From positions 1 to 64,000 of the forward strand of contig NW_026926521.1 in assembly GCF_032062105.1 (NCBI RefSeq): 64,000 nt of DNA, read 5' to 3'. The stretch is from Saccostrea cucullata (Eukaryota). Positions 1-12,987 of this stretch are shown piece after piece. Position 1 is the stretch's first letter. The number at the start of each line of letters is the position of its first letter. The position numbers and the translations under genes were made by a program. The notes under the pieces were generated by a model. The model was not told the origin of the DNA and ran no database searches. It was given only the letters and a program-made list of their open reading frames with translations.

Positions 1-2665
1 TTTTAGAAAAAGTTTTATTGCCTATTTAGTTTTTAAGCGGTTAGCTACCTATCGATTACGGAAACTTCAACAAAGCCTCTACCTAGTATATATGATTTGT
101 TTCTAACACATATAACATATGTTATATAAAATCAAGACTATCAAACAACACAATCGTTCGGTTTTTTAATATTTTTTCCGATTTTGTTTGTCAATGAAAT
201 AAATTTATAATTGTTATATAAAAAAAAGTTTATGTATAGGAGCATTTGGTGTTGAGATTAAATTTCCGTGACATCAGCTGATGGCGATCGGGCCCTGTGA
301 CAAAATTCGAAGTCAGCATGAAGTTTAGCTGATAACATTATCAACGCGTTGGATTTAAACTTTAAGGAGAAATGTATAGCGAGAAATATCATATTTGAAC
401 CCAATGCTACACGAAACCAGCAGGCATTTCCGATTTATGTGTTAAATTGAAGCCTGAATCGAACAGGTGGTCAAAATGGCGTTGGACACCTTGTGTATTT
501 ATATACAATGTATAGAGGGGGGAGAATGTTTCCATATTTGGCTAATTTAGAGACTTACTGATAAGAATCCAGATGCCTGTGATTGATTATAAGACACCCC
601 TCATGAACAATAAATATTTGACAGAATTATGCTACTGGGCACAGGGAGGACGGGTTAATTACTGGCTAAAGGGGTTGAAGGTTATTACCGACTGCAAAAC
701 ACCGGAGAATCTCTCGATCTAGTTTCATTTTCCAAAATATTAAGGCATCCCTTTAATTAACTTAAGTAATACTAGTACGCAAAGAAAGCCTTTATATAAA
801 AATACTGAATACATCTTAAGTTGTACAGTTATGGATTACTTCCATAATGAAACGTTTTATTGAAATTATTTAATAGATGATAAAAGCTTTGTTTCCAGGG
901 ATAAATTCTGTACTCACTCTAATTATTACAAACGATTTTAAAGGATCACATTTTTATTTAAAAAAAAATAATGGGAGCCTGAAAATACTAAAATTAATTT
1001 TTAAAAAATTGGAGAAAAAATTAAATTGGAATTCGGTCCTATTCTAAAAATCAGCCGATATAAAATATGCACAGAAAAAAGAGGCATGAAAAATCTTGAC
1101 GATAAGCACAAATTGAAAATTATATCTAATGAATGATTATATTTGAAAGTTTGCTAAATTCCTATGCAAGGTATAAGTTGTAAAAATACTTTTTAAATTT
1201 AATTTGAATTTGTCCAATTTATTAATTATCATTTTGAGCCTTTGAGAAGAAATAAAAATTTAAATACAGATGCTTACAGACATATTGATAGAAATTCACA
1301 TAATTGTTTTTAGTTAAAAAAATGTATTGCTTGTGCGACATATTGAAGAAAGTGACAATGATACCTAGGTAATTCTTGCAATGGATAATTAAATTGTTTG
1401 TTATAAACTGACTTTTAGTGAACCTTTGAATTTTTAAAATACTAGTATTGATGGATTAAACAACAACTTTCCTTACCACACGTTTTTTGTTGTTTTTTTA
1501 TTCTTTTTTTTCAATATTTCATGAAAATATTTGCCAAATACTCAGTATATATTCATTTATACATATCGTGCAAGACTCTTTTTTAAATAATTGTCATATA
1601 CCATTTATTTAAATTATTCGAACATTTAATTGTATGAAAAGTCAATAATGTACATTTCTTAAAACTTTATTATCTTGTTTGCTTGTCTTTCTTCCTGTGA
1701 GAGAAATAGTTCATAATATTAATAAACAGATGTACTCAGTATCGGTATCAAATTACAGAATGAACAGCGATTGGTCTCAAAAGAAAAACGGATCTTTGAA
1801 AGTTCCGGTGCCTAGGAGAAGTAAGCTTCTCCAATGACAGGTCACACCTGCTGACCGGCAATGAGCCTACGAAACTGAAGCTCTCTGAAATTAATTAATT
1901 CTCTGCTCGTCCATCCGTTTTTCTCAGACTAGCCAGCTAAAGATCTATGTACAGTACTCCAAATCAATTAATCTAAAGAATTTGAATTATCATTTTTTCT
2001 TTTTGAGTTGTTTGCTATAGTAGCCTTTACAGTTACCTAATTTCAGAATCAATAGAGCATGAAAGCCAATTAAATTTGCAACATCAACATAATTTTTTTT
2101 TCGTTCTGAGCACGTTTGGACGCCACCAATGGAGACAATTGGGGAGAAATTTTTGAAATTGAACTTCCTGTCTTTCAAACTAAAAGTCTCAGGTTGATAT
2201 TTTGAAACAAACATTTGTGACATCAGTCTGGAATGTTATTGGTTATACCATTTAGTTAAGTACTACAAAATTTAGTGTGTCTGCTTCTTCGCTGATGACA
2301 TTGGGAAAAGATATGCATGCCTACTTTAATAGCATCATTCAATGCATTTTTTGTTATTGTACACTGTACATATTCGATGAAAGCATGCTAACCGCTTTTC
2401 AGTACTTTGATTTAAAATCTCATATATGTTACGTTTTAGTGCAAAAACGTCACACAATAATTTACGCGCATTAATTTGCAAAATTTGTTCAATTAATAAT
2501 GTTTTTAAGTTTTGTGTGAGTTATTGCATGGTGTGTGAATCACACAGACTTGTCATAGGCATATTTTATGAAGCGCGCTAATAAATATAATTTTATTTTA
2601 CGTAAAAAACTGATTATTTAAACTATTTTGTGTCGAGATCATTATTATATTGTTCGTTGTAACAT

Positions 2666-3387
2666 AGTGTAGATTCCTAATTATACGCGAGGAATTAATT
2701 TCCGCGTAATTTCGCGATAAGCATCGTTCGCAAAAAAAATATTTCTCGTTTTTATTTTTATGGTGCTGAAATCTATGTACATTTTTAAGGAATCACTGTC
2801 TAGTTCGTATAGTATGCCAGGGCATCAACGATAGTGGGAAACATGGGATAATTTGCATAACGGGCGAAGCCCGTTATGCTTAAATTATCCCATGTTTCCC
2901 ACTATCGTTGATGTCCCTGGCATACTATACGAACTAGACAGTGATTCCTTATATTTCCGTTTCACTGTGAAATAAAATTGTATATTTATATTTTTAAAAT
3001 GTTGACATAGATTTAAACTACATGAAGACTCCCTTGCCATTTTCCATAGCCCTCTCCCACTGACGTCAAACACAATTGCAGCCGCACGAGATTTTCATGC
3101 ATATTTGGCATCCTTCGCCTCAGACACAGAGACAGATGCGCACGAGATTTGCATGTATATTAAGCCTCCCCAACTCCTGACCTTTCGACCTGCCTAATTT
3201 ACATTCCGACAGGTTTATCAATAAATTAACTCCGCTAAATTTCAAAGAGTTATCACAGAGACAAAAATAAGAAATGGAAATATTACTTGATCAACCGTCC
3301 ATTCGCAAATTATAATTCTCGCGTTATGAAGTTAAAGAGCCAGTTCGCGGAAAAAAGCACTCGCGAAAAATAAGGAATTTACAGTAG
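2666..3387. mobile_element. TA-flanked MITE (CTGTA...TACAG type) interrupted by a hairpin element
   Basis: Left end tagtgtagattcctaatt (one mismatch to tactgtag); right end aaggaatttacagta; internal ttcgcg/cgcgaa subrepeats as in the MITEs at 31222 and 54301; interrupted at ~2781-3285. Confidence 0.6.
2781..3285 (+). mobile_element. Non-autonomous terminal-hairpin element A (Crypton-like, inferred)
   Basis: Near-perfect palindrome 2786-2951 (arms ~80 bp, apex GCGAAGC), then TATA-tttccgtttc whose inverted copy gaaatggaaa-TA lies at 3271-3282; no coding capacity. Confidence 0.6.
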
Positions 3388-3485
3388 CTAATATGTACGT
3401 AATTTTTCTTAAGGTTTAATTTGTAGGGGTTCAAAACATTAATTCATTCAGACCATAGCAGGCCTAATATTATGCCTATATATCG

Positions 3486-5570
3486 AACAAGAGGCCCAGA
3501 GGCCACAGCGCTCACCTGAGCACATCGGCTAGGAAAAAGCACATATCAGATCAGAACGGAAAGTTTACTGAGGTGATGGTGGGGGGAAAGGGGGCTTGAA
3601 TTTTAACCCCCCCCAGGGGTTCATGATTTGAACTAGAATCTACACTACCTTAGGATGATTCCATATAAATATCACTGATCATGGCTTTGAAGTACTTGAA
3701 AAGAAGATTTTAAATATATTGGTTTCCCAATATATCCCTATGTAAAACTTGGGTCGGCCATTTTGGCCCCACCCTAGCCCAAGGAGTCATGATTTGAACA
3801 AACCTGAATCTACACTATCTGAGGATAATTTCACACGAGTTTTATCTTTCCTGTCTCAATGGTTCTTGAGAAGAAGATTTTTAAAGATTTTTCCTATATC
3901 TTCCTATGTAAAACATGGGTCGGCCATTTCGGCCCCGCCCTAGCCCCGGGGGTCATGATTTGAACAAATTTGAATCTACACTACCTCAGGATGATTCCAC
4001 ATGAGTTTTATATTTCCTGGCCCAGTGGTTCTTGAGAGGAAGATTTTTAAAGATTTTTCCTATATATTCCTTTGTAAAACTTGGGTCGGCCATTGTGGCC
4101 CCACCCTAGCCTGGGGGGTCAAGATTTGAACAAACTTGAGTCTACACTACCTGAGAATGATTCCACATGAGTTTCATCTTTCCTAACCCCGTGGTTCTTG
4201 AGAAATTTTTAAAGATTTTTCCTATATATTCCTATGTAAAACTTGGGTCGGCCATTTTGGCCCCGCCCTAGCCCCAGGGCTCATGATTTGAACAAACTTG
4301 AATTTTCACTACCTAAGAATGATTCCACATGAGTTTCATCTTTCCTGTTCAAGTGGTTCTTGAGAAGAAGATTTTTAAAAATTTTTCCTATATATTCCTA
4401 TGTTAAACTTGGGTTGGCCATTTTGGCCCCACCCTTGCCCCGGGGGTCATCATTTGAACAAACTTGAACCTACACTACCTGAGGATGATTCCACATGAGT
4501 TTCATCTTTTCTGGCCCAGTGGTTCTTGAGAAGAAGAAATTTTTAAAGATTTTTCCTATAAATTCCTATGTAAAACTTGGGTCGGCCATTTTGGCCCCAC
4601 CCTTGCCCCGGGGGTCATGATTTGAACAAACTTGAATCTACACTACCTGAGGATGATTCCACATGATTTTCATCTTTCCTAGCCCAGTGGTTCTTGAGAA
4701 GAAGATTTTTAAAGATTTTTCCTATATACTACTATGTAAAACTTTGATCGGCCATTGTGGCCCCACCCTAGCCTGGGGGGTCAAGATTTGAACAAACTTG
4801 AGTCTACACTACCTGAGAATGATTCCACATGAGTTTCATCTTTCCTAACCCCGTGGTTCTTGAGAAATTTTTAAAGATTTTTCCTATATATTCCTATGTA
4901 AAACTTGGGTCGGCCATTTTGGCCCCGCCCTAGCCCCAGGGCTCATGATTTGAACAAACTTGAATTTTCACTACCTAAGAATGATTCCACATGAGTTTCA
5001 TCTTTCCTGTTCAAGTGGTTCTTGAGAAGAAGATTTTTAAAAATTTTTCCTATATATTCCTATGTTAAACTTGGGTTGGCCATTTTGGCCCCACCCTTGC
5101 CCCGGGGGTCATCATTTGAACAAACTTGAACCTACACTACCTGAGGATGATTCCACATGAGTTTCATCTTTCCTGGCCCAGTGGTTCTTGAGAAGAAGAA
5201 ATTTTTAAAGATTTTTCCTATAAATTCCTATGTAAAACTTGGGTCGGCCATTTTGGCCCCACCCTTGCCCCGGGGGTCATGATTTGAACAAACTTGAATC
5301 TACACTACCTGAGGATGATTCCACATGATTTTCATCTTTCCTAGCCCAGTGGTTCTTGAGAAGAAGATTTTTAAAGATTTTTCCTATATATTCCTATGTA
5401 AAACTTGGGTCGGCCATTGTGGCCCCACCCTTGCCCCGGGGGTTATGACTTGAACAAACTTGAATCTACACTACCTGAGGATGCTTCCACATGAGTTTCA
5501 TCTTTCCTGGCCCAGCGGTTCTGGAGAAGAAGATTTTTTAAAAATGCCATTAATTTTTAACAAATTCATG

Positions 5571-5624
<54 letters not shown>

Positions 5625-5641
5625 TTTCACCTAAGGATACT

Positions 5642-5681
<40 letters not shown>

Positions 5682-5710
5682 GAAGAAGATGAAAATGTAA
5701 AAAGTTTACG

Positions 5711-5758
<48 letters not shown>

Positions 5759-5775
5759 AGCTCAGGTGAGCTAAT
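3486..5775 (+). mobile_element. Non-autonomous Helentron/HINE-type element carrying a satellite array
   Basis: Starts aacaagaggccc; subterminal IR gctcacctgagc (3510-3521) / gctcaggtgagc (5760-5771); terminal hairpin 5742-5772; ACG/GAC microsatellite 5708-5725; architecture matches oyster HINE elements as recalled from the literature. Confidence 0.8.
3615..5545 (+). repeat. ~166-bp satellite, about 11-12 monomers (Cg170/HindIII-like)
   Basis: Marker ttgggtcggccatt (or variant) recurs at ~3749, 3915, 4081, 4243, 4409, 4577, 4743, 4905, 5071, 5239, 5405. Confidence 0.9.
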
Positions 5776-7234
5776 AAAAAGCATTACAGCTGATCAGAAA
5801 CTAGAGGAAATGTGAACACGGAGCTCACTTGCTCCTTCGAACGGTCCCTGCAAATTTCTCTGGGCTATATAACTTTTGTTATTGGGAAACAATAAAAGCT
5901 CATACTTGGTATGCAGTCTCAGCTTGCTTAATTTAATTATCATCCTGCAGAATGTATTAAAATTAACCCTATTATTAGGTTATTATGCGGCAAGTTCAAG
6001 GTGACTGACAGTAAAAATATAAATTCCCCCATGCTTATACATTTACTACTCATTTGACCTTGTATTGGAGTTTATTTATCACCAGAAAATCAAACAAAAT
6101 ACAAAGATTGTTAAACCCCTTGACAAGAGTTGTTACGACCTTGATCCAAGGTTATTCAAGTAGGTTCAAAGTGGCTGGTGGAAAAAATACTGGAAGCTTA
6201 TACTTGGTAAAGATTGCTTTTCATTAAGTTCTGACCCAGGGATAAATAATTAGGCCATTCAATCACATTTAAGTCACAGGTACAAGTATAAAACTCTAGC
6301 CTGGACTCTAACACTGGAATCGAGAATCATCAGATGCTCAGACTTGGTACAAAGACTGCCAACATTCTTTGGATTTGTAATGACCTTAATACACCATCCT
6401 TTCTGTAAGTTCAAGGTCAATTAATGGCAGAAAAGTAAAAAAAAAATCTTCCTGACTTAAACTTTGTAGGGTCATTACAAGATATACAATAAAACTCAGA
6501 AAACAGATAGTGGTAATATCTTTTAATAGACTTTGAATAAAAATAATATTATAAATTGATGAGTCATGAACAGGGATTAATATATAAACATGTATAAACA
6601 CTGTATAAAATTAATATCACAGACAATATTTCAGAAAAAAATTATTCACAAAAAAAACTTCCTATGACCCTTTTTCCCTTGTTTCAACTTAAGTTTAATT
6701 AAAAGTCAATCATTTTCTTGACAGAATATATTTTACCATAGGAACTAAAACCCCTCAGAAGCTTGTATATGTATATAAGGCTTTCTGTAGGCATATCAGT
6801 TAAATATGAGCCATGCAAAACAGCATTAAGTAATGTTCTGGGTTATAATATGGTGTATAATCAGATGTGGTGTCATTGTTTTACAACTCTTGCATAAAGT
6901 CCTGCCAGTTGCATTCTAATGAAATTAGTAATACTTTTTAAAATAAAAATAATCTTAACTTTTCCAAATTATTAAAAAAAAAATATCAGGGTTATACTGT
7001 AAATGATACAGTTATTGTGACCTTTCTCCGTTACTACTAAAAAAAATCTTCAATCCCTTTATCTATTTTCATTCAATAGTCATGACCAAGGTTGTTCAAG
7101 TTTTTTGAAAAGTGGGTCAAATTTCAAGGTCAAAGTCACAGGGACATGCATATTCACATGCATGCAAGTATTTCATAAATACATGTATATAATTGTGAAA
7201 TAAATTAATGAATCTACATAAGAATCAGCCAATA

Positions 7235-10200
7235 TCAGGATTTTTCCTCCATGTGTAAAAGTTCCTCTTTACTATGTCCCTCTGGAATGTCAAGGTCAAA
7301 CACAATAGGTGAATTGGTGGGTTTGTATCTCCTTGTACAGGTTGAAGCATTGATAAAGGTCGTGAACCCATCAGAAGTCATCCCATAACCTACAAAAATA
7401 TCATTGTCATTAAATGTGCAAATCTCATTTTTTTGATAAAGAAGTTCAGAACAACAGGTCTGTTAACATGGTTAAAACTATAAATGGCAGCATGCAGCAG
7501 CCAATGAATATTTCAGAAAAAATAGGCCTATCCTTTAATATAAAGAATCTATATTCACGAATGAGGCAATTTCTGGCTACTAGAATTTCTTACTTTCATG
7601 AATGTGTCCAAACACATGGTACTTTGGTTTGACACGTTTCTGTACTGTATTGAGGAGCTCCACACAGCCTACATTATTGTTACCACCGGTCAGGTCCCCA
7701 TGTCCTGTTAGAATAATTACAGGTGAGTCATTTCATCATAGAGACCAGAAAGGTCCGAAAATACCATTTCTCAGATAAGAAAAACATATATAGGCCTAAT
7801 ATGTATACTGTACATGCCAATTTATGAAATTAATGCAGCTTTAGGGTCTAGCATGTCCTGTTATTTTGACCAGAGGAGAGCTAAGGTGTTTCAAATCTTT
7901 TCACATAATTAAATAATCTATTCACTCAGGATCTTACCACAAGGAGGGGTATGGGTCATTAAAATATCAGTATTTTCTGGTATTTTGTCCCAACATTTCT
8001 TTAATCCTGCTCCCCTACGCGGCTGAAAAGCCATTCCCTTGAAGTGCTTTGGTGACCTGCATATACAGAAACGCAGTCAAGAAATTCTCTTTTTTAAAAG
8101 TGATCCAAAGGTATTAATAGAAAATTAGCATGATATAAACCATTTTGTGTTCAAAACTATTAATTTTGCATACCTGTAAGACTGTGTTGGTTGCTTCAGG
8201 TTACATGTATCCCATCTTGAGACCCCCCCCCCCCCCCATTACAAGACATTAACTAAAATGTTTAAATTCTGTTTGTATGCACTGGGATTGAAATGAGCTC
8301 AATCATTGCTCATGTATAATGTAATAATGGTGTTTGTCAACTTACTGATAATTGAGCGAGCATATTTTATACATATACCAGTTGCAACATTTAAATATTA
8401 TTTGTTTACTACAAAGGATTGGTATATATACAGGCAGAGGGGAATTCTACACAATCAGCAAGCACAAATCTAGCACTTCAAGAGAACAGCTTTTAGTTGG
8501 TCTGATATTTTATATGTTAAGGAATCCAAAGTGCAATGAGACTCCATAGTCTGATGGTCACGCTGTTGTGTGATAATCTGTGCCAAACCATGATGGTTAA
8601 AAACACCAAAGTCTGATGATGCAGAAAACAATAAATGTTTACAACCGTTATAGGACTACAGCACAAAAATGCAATGCCAAGGTCCCATTGTATAAAATAA
8701 ATGCAATGAATATTAACTGCGAAGACTAACTCTCATCTTTTGAATAGACGCTACAGTCAAAAATATGTATCAATTTTAACTTGAATATCTTGGGTGAGTG
8801 CTGGACTAACCCAATTCAGTTGAATAGTCTGTGAGGACTAACACTTAATCTCTCAGAGGGGTTCAAAGTAACACATTATCAGTCCAAAAGTGTTCAAGGA
8901 CTAATCTTAACTAAGGGTAGTTTCTCTGGTTGGTGCAACCAATTAGCAAAATCAGTAAAATTGTATGAATAGGACAATTGCAGAACTGATGGCTTTTGAA
9001 TGCAGGACAATGGCGTCAAATTATAGTGATGTCATAAATGTTAAAATTATAGTGATGTCATAAATGTTGATTATTTTTTGGCGTTTCAGACCATTGCACT
9101 TAAGCATGTCGCTTCTTGGTGGAAGCCAGCCATCAGATTTTGGCATCCGTCAGAACAGCATGCAATTGGGATTTGGCGCAGACTATTGCACTTTGGCATC
9201 ATATCGCACTTTGGAGTCTTACATTACATGTACAAAGAAAGTTACAAAGAGGTCTTACCAACTGGGGGTCCATGTGTTATGAGGATATCAGTGTCAGCTG
9301 GGATTTTCTGCCATTTCTCTAACAGTTCCTTCCCTCTATTCACATTGAAACCCCAGTTACAAAAGACAGGTTGCCTGCAAGCGAGTTAATATCACACAAT
9401 TTTTCTTTTTTTGTCTGAATCTGAGATACATGTGCAAGTTATCAATTAATTTAAAAAAAAACTATTTTAAATGAGTGCTTGCTGACCGTATACAATTCTT
9501 TATATTTTATTTTGAACTCGCTTGTAAAATTTAATTGCATATTGAATACTTTCGATCACTTTTTTTTTTTAGAGAGAGAGCTTTATTTTTGCATAAATAC
9601 ACGAGCATGTTGACTGCTTGCAAAAATTACTTTCTCACATTTAAGTAAAGATTATATATGTATATACCCGGTACAACAAAGACCATACCTCGCGAAAAAT
9701 TTTTGTCTCACTTACAAATATTAAATAATTTTCTTGTGAAAAATATGTTGTCATGAATATATGCAGTATTCTTCTGAAAATCTTAAAAGATATTAATTTT
9801 TTAGCAATTATAGAAATAAATGTTTATGGTGAAAAAAAAATGACTATGACACTATGACTTACCAGGGTGCACCATAGACCTTGATCCCACAAATACTGAC
9901 TGAAGAATCTAGGAGATAGATGGCATTTGTTAACATTTTGCTGACAGATTTAAGTCCCCTGGCTTTAAGGTAAGACTCTATCTCAGATTTTCGCAATCCA
10001 AATGACAACAGAGTTGAATCACTGAGCTCTTCATCCAAAGTTAAATCATGGTTTCCAGCTACAAGGATCTTTAGTTGGTATGGCAGAGAACCTGTAGTAT
10101 ATTTAAATAACAATATGGATAATTATTACTCATAATAGTTTCAAACAATAACATTAAAATGGCATCATATAAAATGTAATTTTATTTACATGTACTCCAG

Positions 10201-10245
10201 TGCATTTCTAGTGTTAAAATCCTCATCTTTATAAAAACAGACACC

Positions 10246-10288
<43 letters not shown>

Positions 10289-12505
10289 CTCATACGTGTT
10301 GGTGATACAGGCCGTTGGATAAACTTGTGCTTTATCAACGGGTAGATGCTTTATCAATAGCACTTCCGGTTTTGACACGATCCCTCGCTTCAAGATTTTA
10401 TTTTATTGAAACTTTTATTTGTGAAAATTGTTGCCCTTATAAAATGAATGTTAAAGAGTAGTTATATCGTAAAAAGCAAGAAAAAGACTGGTATATGTCA
10501 AAGAAGTGTCTTATTTTATCAAGGAACCCGTTGGCTATTTGAAGACAGATGTTAACACCCCCCCCCCCCCTTAAATCGTTTTCGGAGAAAGTAAAGCCTA
10601 CCAGTTAACTTGTTGTTATGAGACTCCTTTGACATCTTTAACAATGCTTTCTTATATTATACTACGTATGCCTACCTAGTAATCTAGGTGTAACTTACCA
10701 TGGATCAGCAAACAATCTAGACAAAGTCTAGGCCCCTAGCCTTGCCTAGCACGATTTGTACTGTCATCGTAAAAAGAGTTGATTTTCACGATCCCCATAG
10801 TCCTAACAACTTTCAGTCAGAAGTTCGTTTGATGTACAGCTCCAACAATTGTCACATGATGTTTTCAAAGACACAGATATCAACGGTGCTACGTCATCAA
10901 GTTATACGTCATCAATTTGATTTTGGCAGTCATTCATGTAGTTTCGCAGGGGAAGTCTCAAAGTTTTGTTAAAATTAAAGTCGTATGAGATAAATAGAAC
11001 ATCTATAATTGTGTGATTTGATATTGGCTTTATCCAACTCGTTGAAATGGTGTATATTCGCTCGGCAAGCCTCGCGAATATATACACCATTTCAACTCGT
11101 TGGATAAAGCCAATATCTATATACCTGATGTAATTAAAAAAAAATCATACAGAACTGGTTTAATATTACATAAAGTAAAAGTTTATGAAATAAGAAGTTT
11201 TTCCCTTAATGAAGGTTAATATAATACATGTATTTATCTCATACGTGTGGGTGATACAGGCCGTTGGATAAACTTGTGCTTTATCAACAGGTAGATGCTT
11301 TATCAATAGCACTTCCGGTTTTGACACGATCCCTCGCTTCAAAATTTTATTTGAAACTTTTATTTGTGATCCCTATTATTGCCCTAATAAAATGAATGAT
11401 AAAGAGCGATAACATCGTTAAAAGCAAGAAAAAGACTCGTATATGTCAAAGAAGTGTCTCATTTTATCAAGGAACCTGTATTGGCTACTTGAAGACAGAT
11501 GTTACCCCCCCCCCCCTTTAAATCGTTTTCGGAAAAAGTAAAGCCTACCAGTTAAGTTGTTGTTATAAGATTCCTTTAACATCTTCAATAATGCTGTCTT
11601 ATATTATACTACGTATGCCTACCTAGTAACGTAGGTGTAACTTACCATGGATCAACAATGAATCTACCAGTAGGCCCCTAGCCTTGCCTATCACGTTTTG
11701 TACTGCCATCGTCCAAACGAGTTCATTTTCATGATCCAATGGTCCTTACAACTGTCAGTCAGAAGTCCGTTCGATGTAAAGCTCCAGCAATTGTCACATA
11801 ATGTTTTCAAAGACGCAGATAGCAAAAATTCTAAATTTTGAACAAGATCTACTTTCTTTCGAGGGATGTCAACATCAACGGTGCTACGTCATCAAGTTGT
11901 ACGTCATCAATTTGAATTTAGCAATCATTCATGTAGTTTCGCAGGGGAAGTCTCAAAGTTTTGTTAAAATGAAAGTCGTATGAGATAAATAGAACATCTA
12001 TAATTGTGTAATTTGATAGTGGCTTCATCCAACTCGTTGAAATGGTGTATATTCACTGGGCAAGCCTTTTGAATATATACACCATTTCAATTCGTTGGAT
12101 AAAGCCAATATCAAATCACACAATATAGATATCCTCTATATATAAATATAGCACTTCTATTTTCTCAGACACATCCAATTTGAAATACAAAGTTACATCC
12201 CTTTTTACAAAATGATCAATACCTAAGTAGGAGTTAAATTTCTCTATCTCTGTAAGATTTCCTCTCATTGTGAAGTCCCCAGCATGAAGAAGCACGTCTC
12301 CTGCAGGCATACGTAACCCTGACCTCTCAATCTTCCCGTGGGTGTCAGAGATACAGACAAACCTGATCTTGTCGGGGGTGACAGGGGTGACCGGGTCTGG
12401 GTGGGGACATCGGATGTGCTGCTGGTGGATCCGAATTCTCTCCCAGGCCTTTGTTGGATTTGCTGTGTCTTTGTCAACCGTTATTTCTTCACTGCCTGAC
12501 ATCAT
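7235..12505 (-). CDS. MPPED1: Metallophosphoesterase domain-containing protein (MPPED1/2 co-ortholog), 5 coding exons, ~297 aa
   Basis: Exons 12505-12223, 10091-9863, 9374-9259, 7704-7594, 7389-7235 join in phase at GT-AG sites; motifs ISDTH, HAGDFT, AGNHD, THGPP, FGHIHE, FINAS. Confidence 0.92.
10284..11117 (-). mobile_element. Terminal-hairpin element B, copy 1 (hairpin end truncated)
   Basis: Starts tttatctcatacg, inverted copy cgtatgagataaa at ~10982-10994, then hairpin ~11020-11117; highly similar to 11233-12133. Confidence 0.7.
11233..12133 (-). mobile_element. Terminal-hairpin element B, copy 2
   Basis: Same architecture; hairpin ~11996-12130; carries an extra ~47-bp segment near 11820-11868 absent from copy 1. 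Confidence 0.7.
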
Positions 12506-12769
12506 TTAGATTCCTATAAACATAGAGTGTAAAATCAGATATATGTATATCTATTATAGTACTACATGGAATTTAATAATAAAGAAATCCTTTAAAGATT
12601 AGTAAAAAATTAAAGCAAATGTTTTACATGACTTTAGCTATATTACCTAGAGATACTGTGAGCACTATGGTTTTGGAAACCCGAAATAAGTGTCAGATCA
12701 TAAGTGAAACAGGAGGAGCACAATATGTAATAAAATTACCCATACACGTAATCGGGAGAATGCAACTGA

Positions 12770-12987
12770 CTAGACTGGGATTCAAACCCGAGCTCCAGTC
12801 AGGTGCTCTACCAACTGAGCTACCGCTTATCAAATCAGTCTGACTACCCCATTCCTCCCTCCTGAGGGAGGAATGGGGGTAGTCAGAGTGATTTGATCAG
12901 TTTAAGGACGGAGGAATGGGGTAGTCAGACTGATTTGATAACCGGTAGCTCAGTTGGTAGAGCACCTGACTGGAGCTTGGGTTTGAC
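12770..12987. repeat. Inverted pair of tRNA-derived SINE head fragments
   Basis: ggtagctcagttggtagagcacctgact (A-box-like) at ~12943 and its reverse complement at ~12797-12824; B-box-like gggtttga; third partial copy at 13156-13180; no complete cloverleaf. Confidence 0.55.

Noticed and set aside
1-2600. Short ORFs and a possible element end (aaggcatccctttaa near 742-755)
   Set aside because: No recognisable motifs or splice-consistent exons; no matching partner end in the window.
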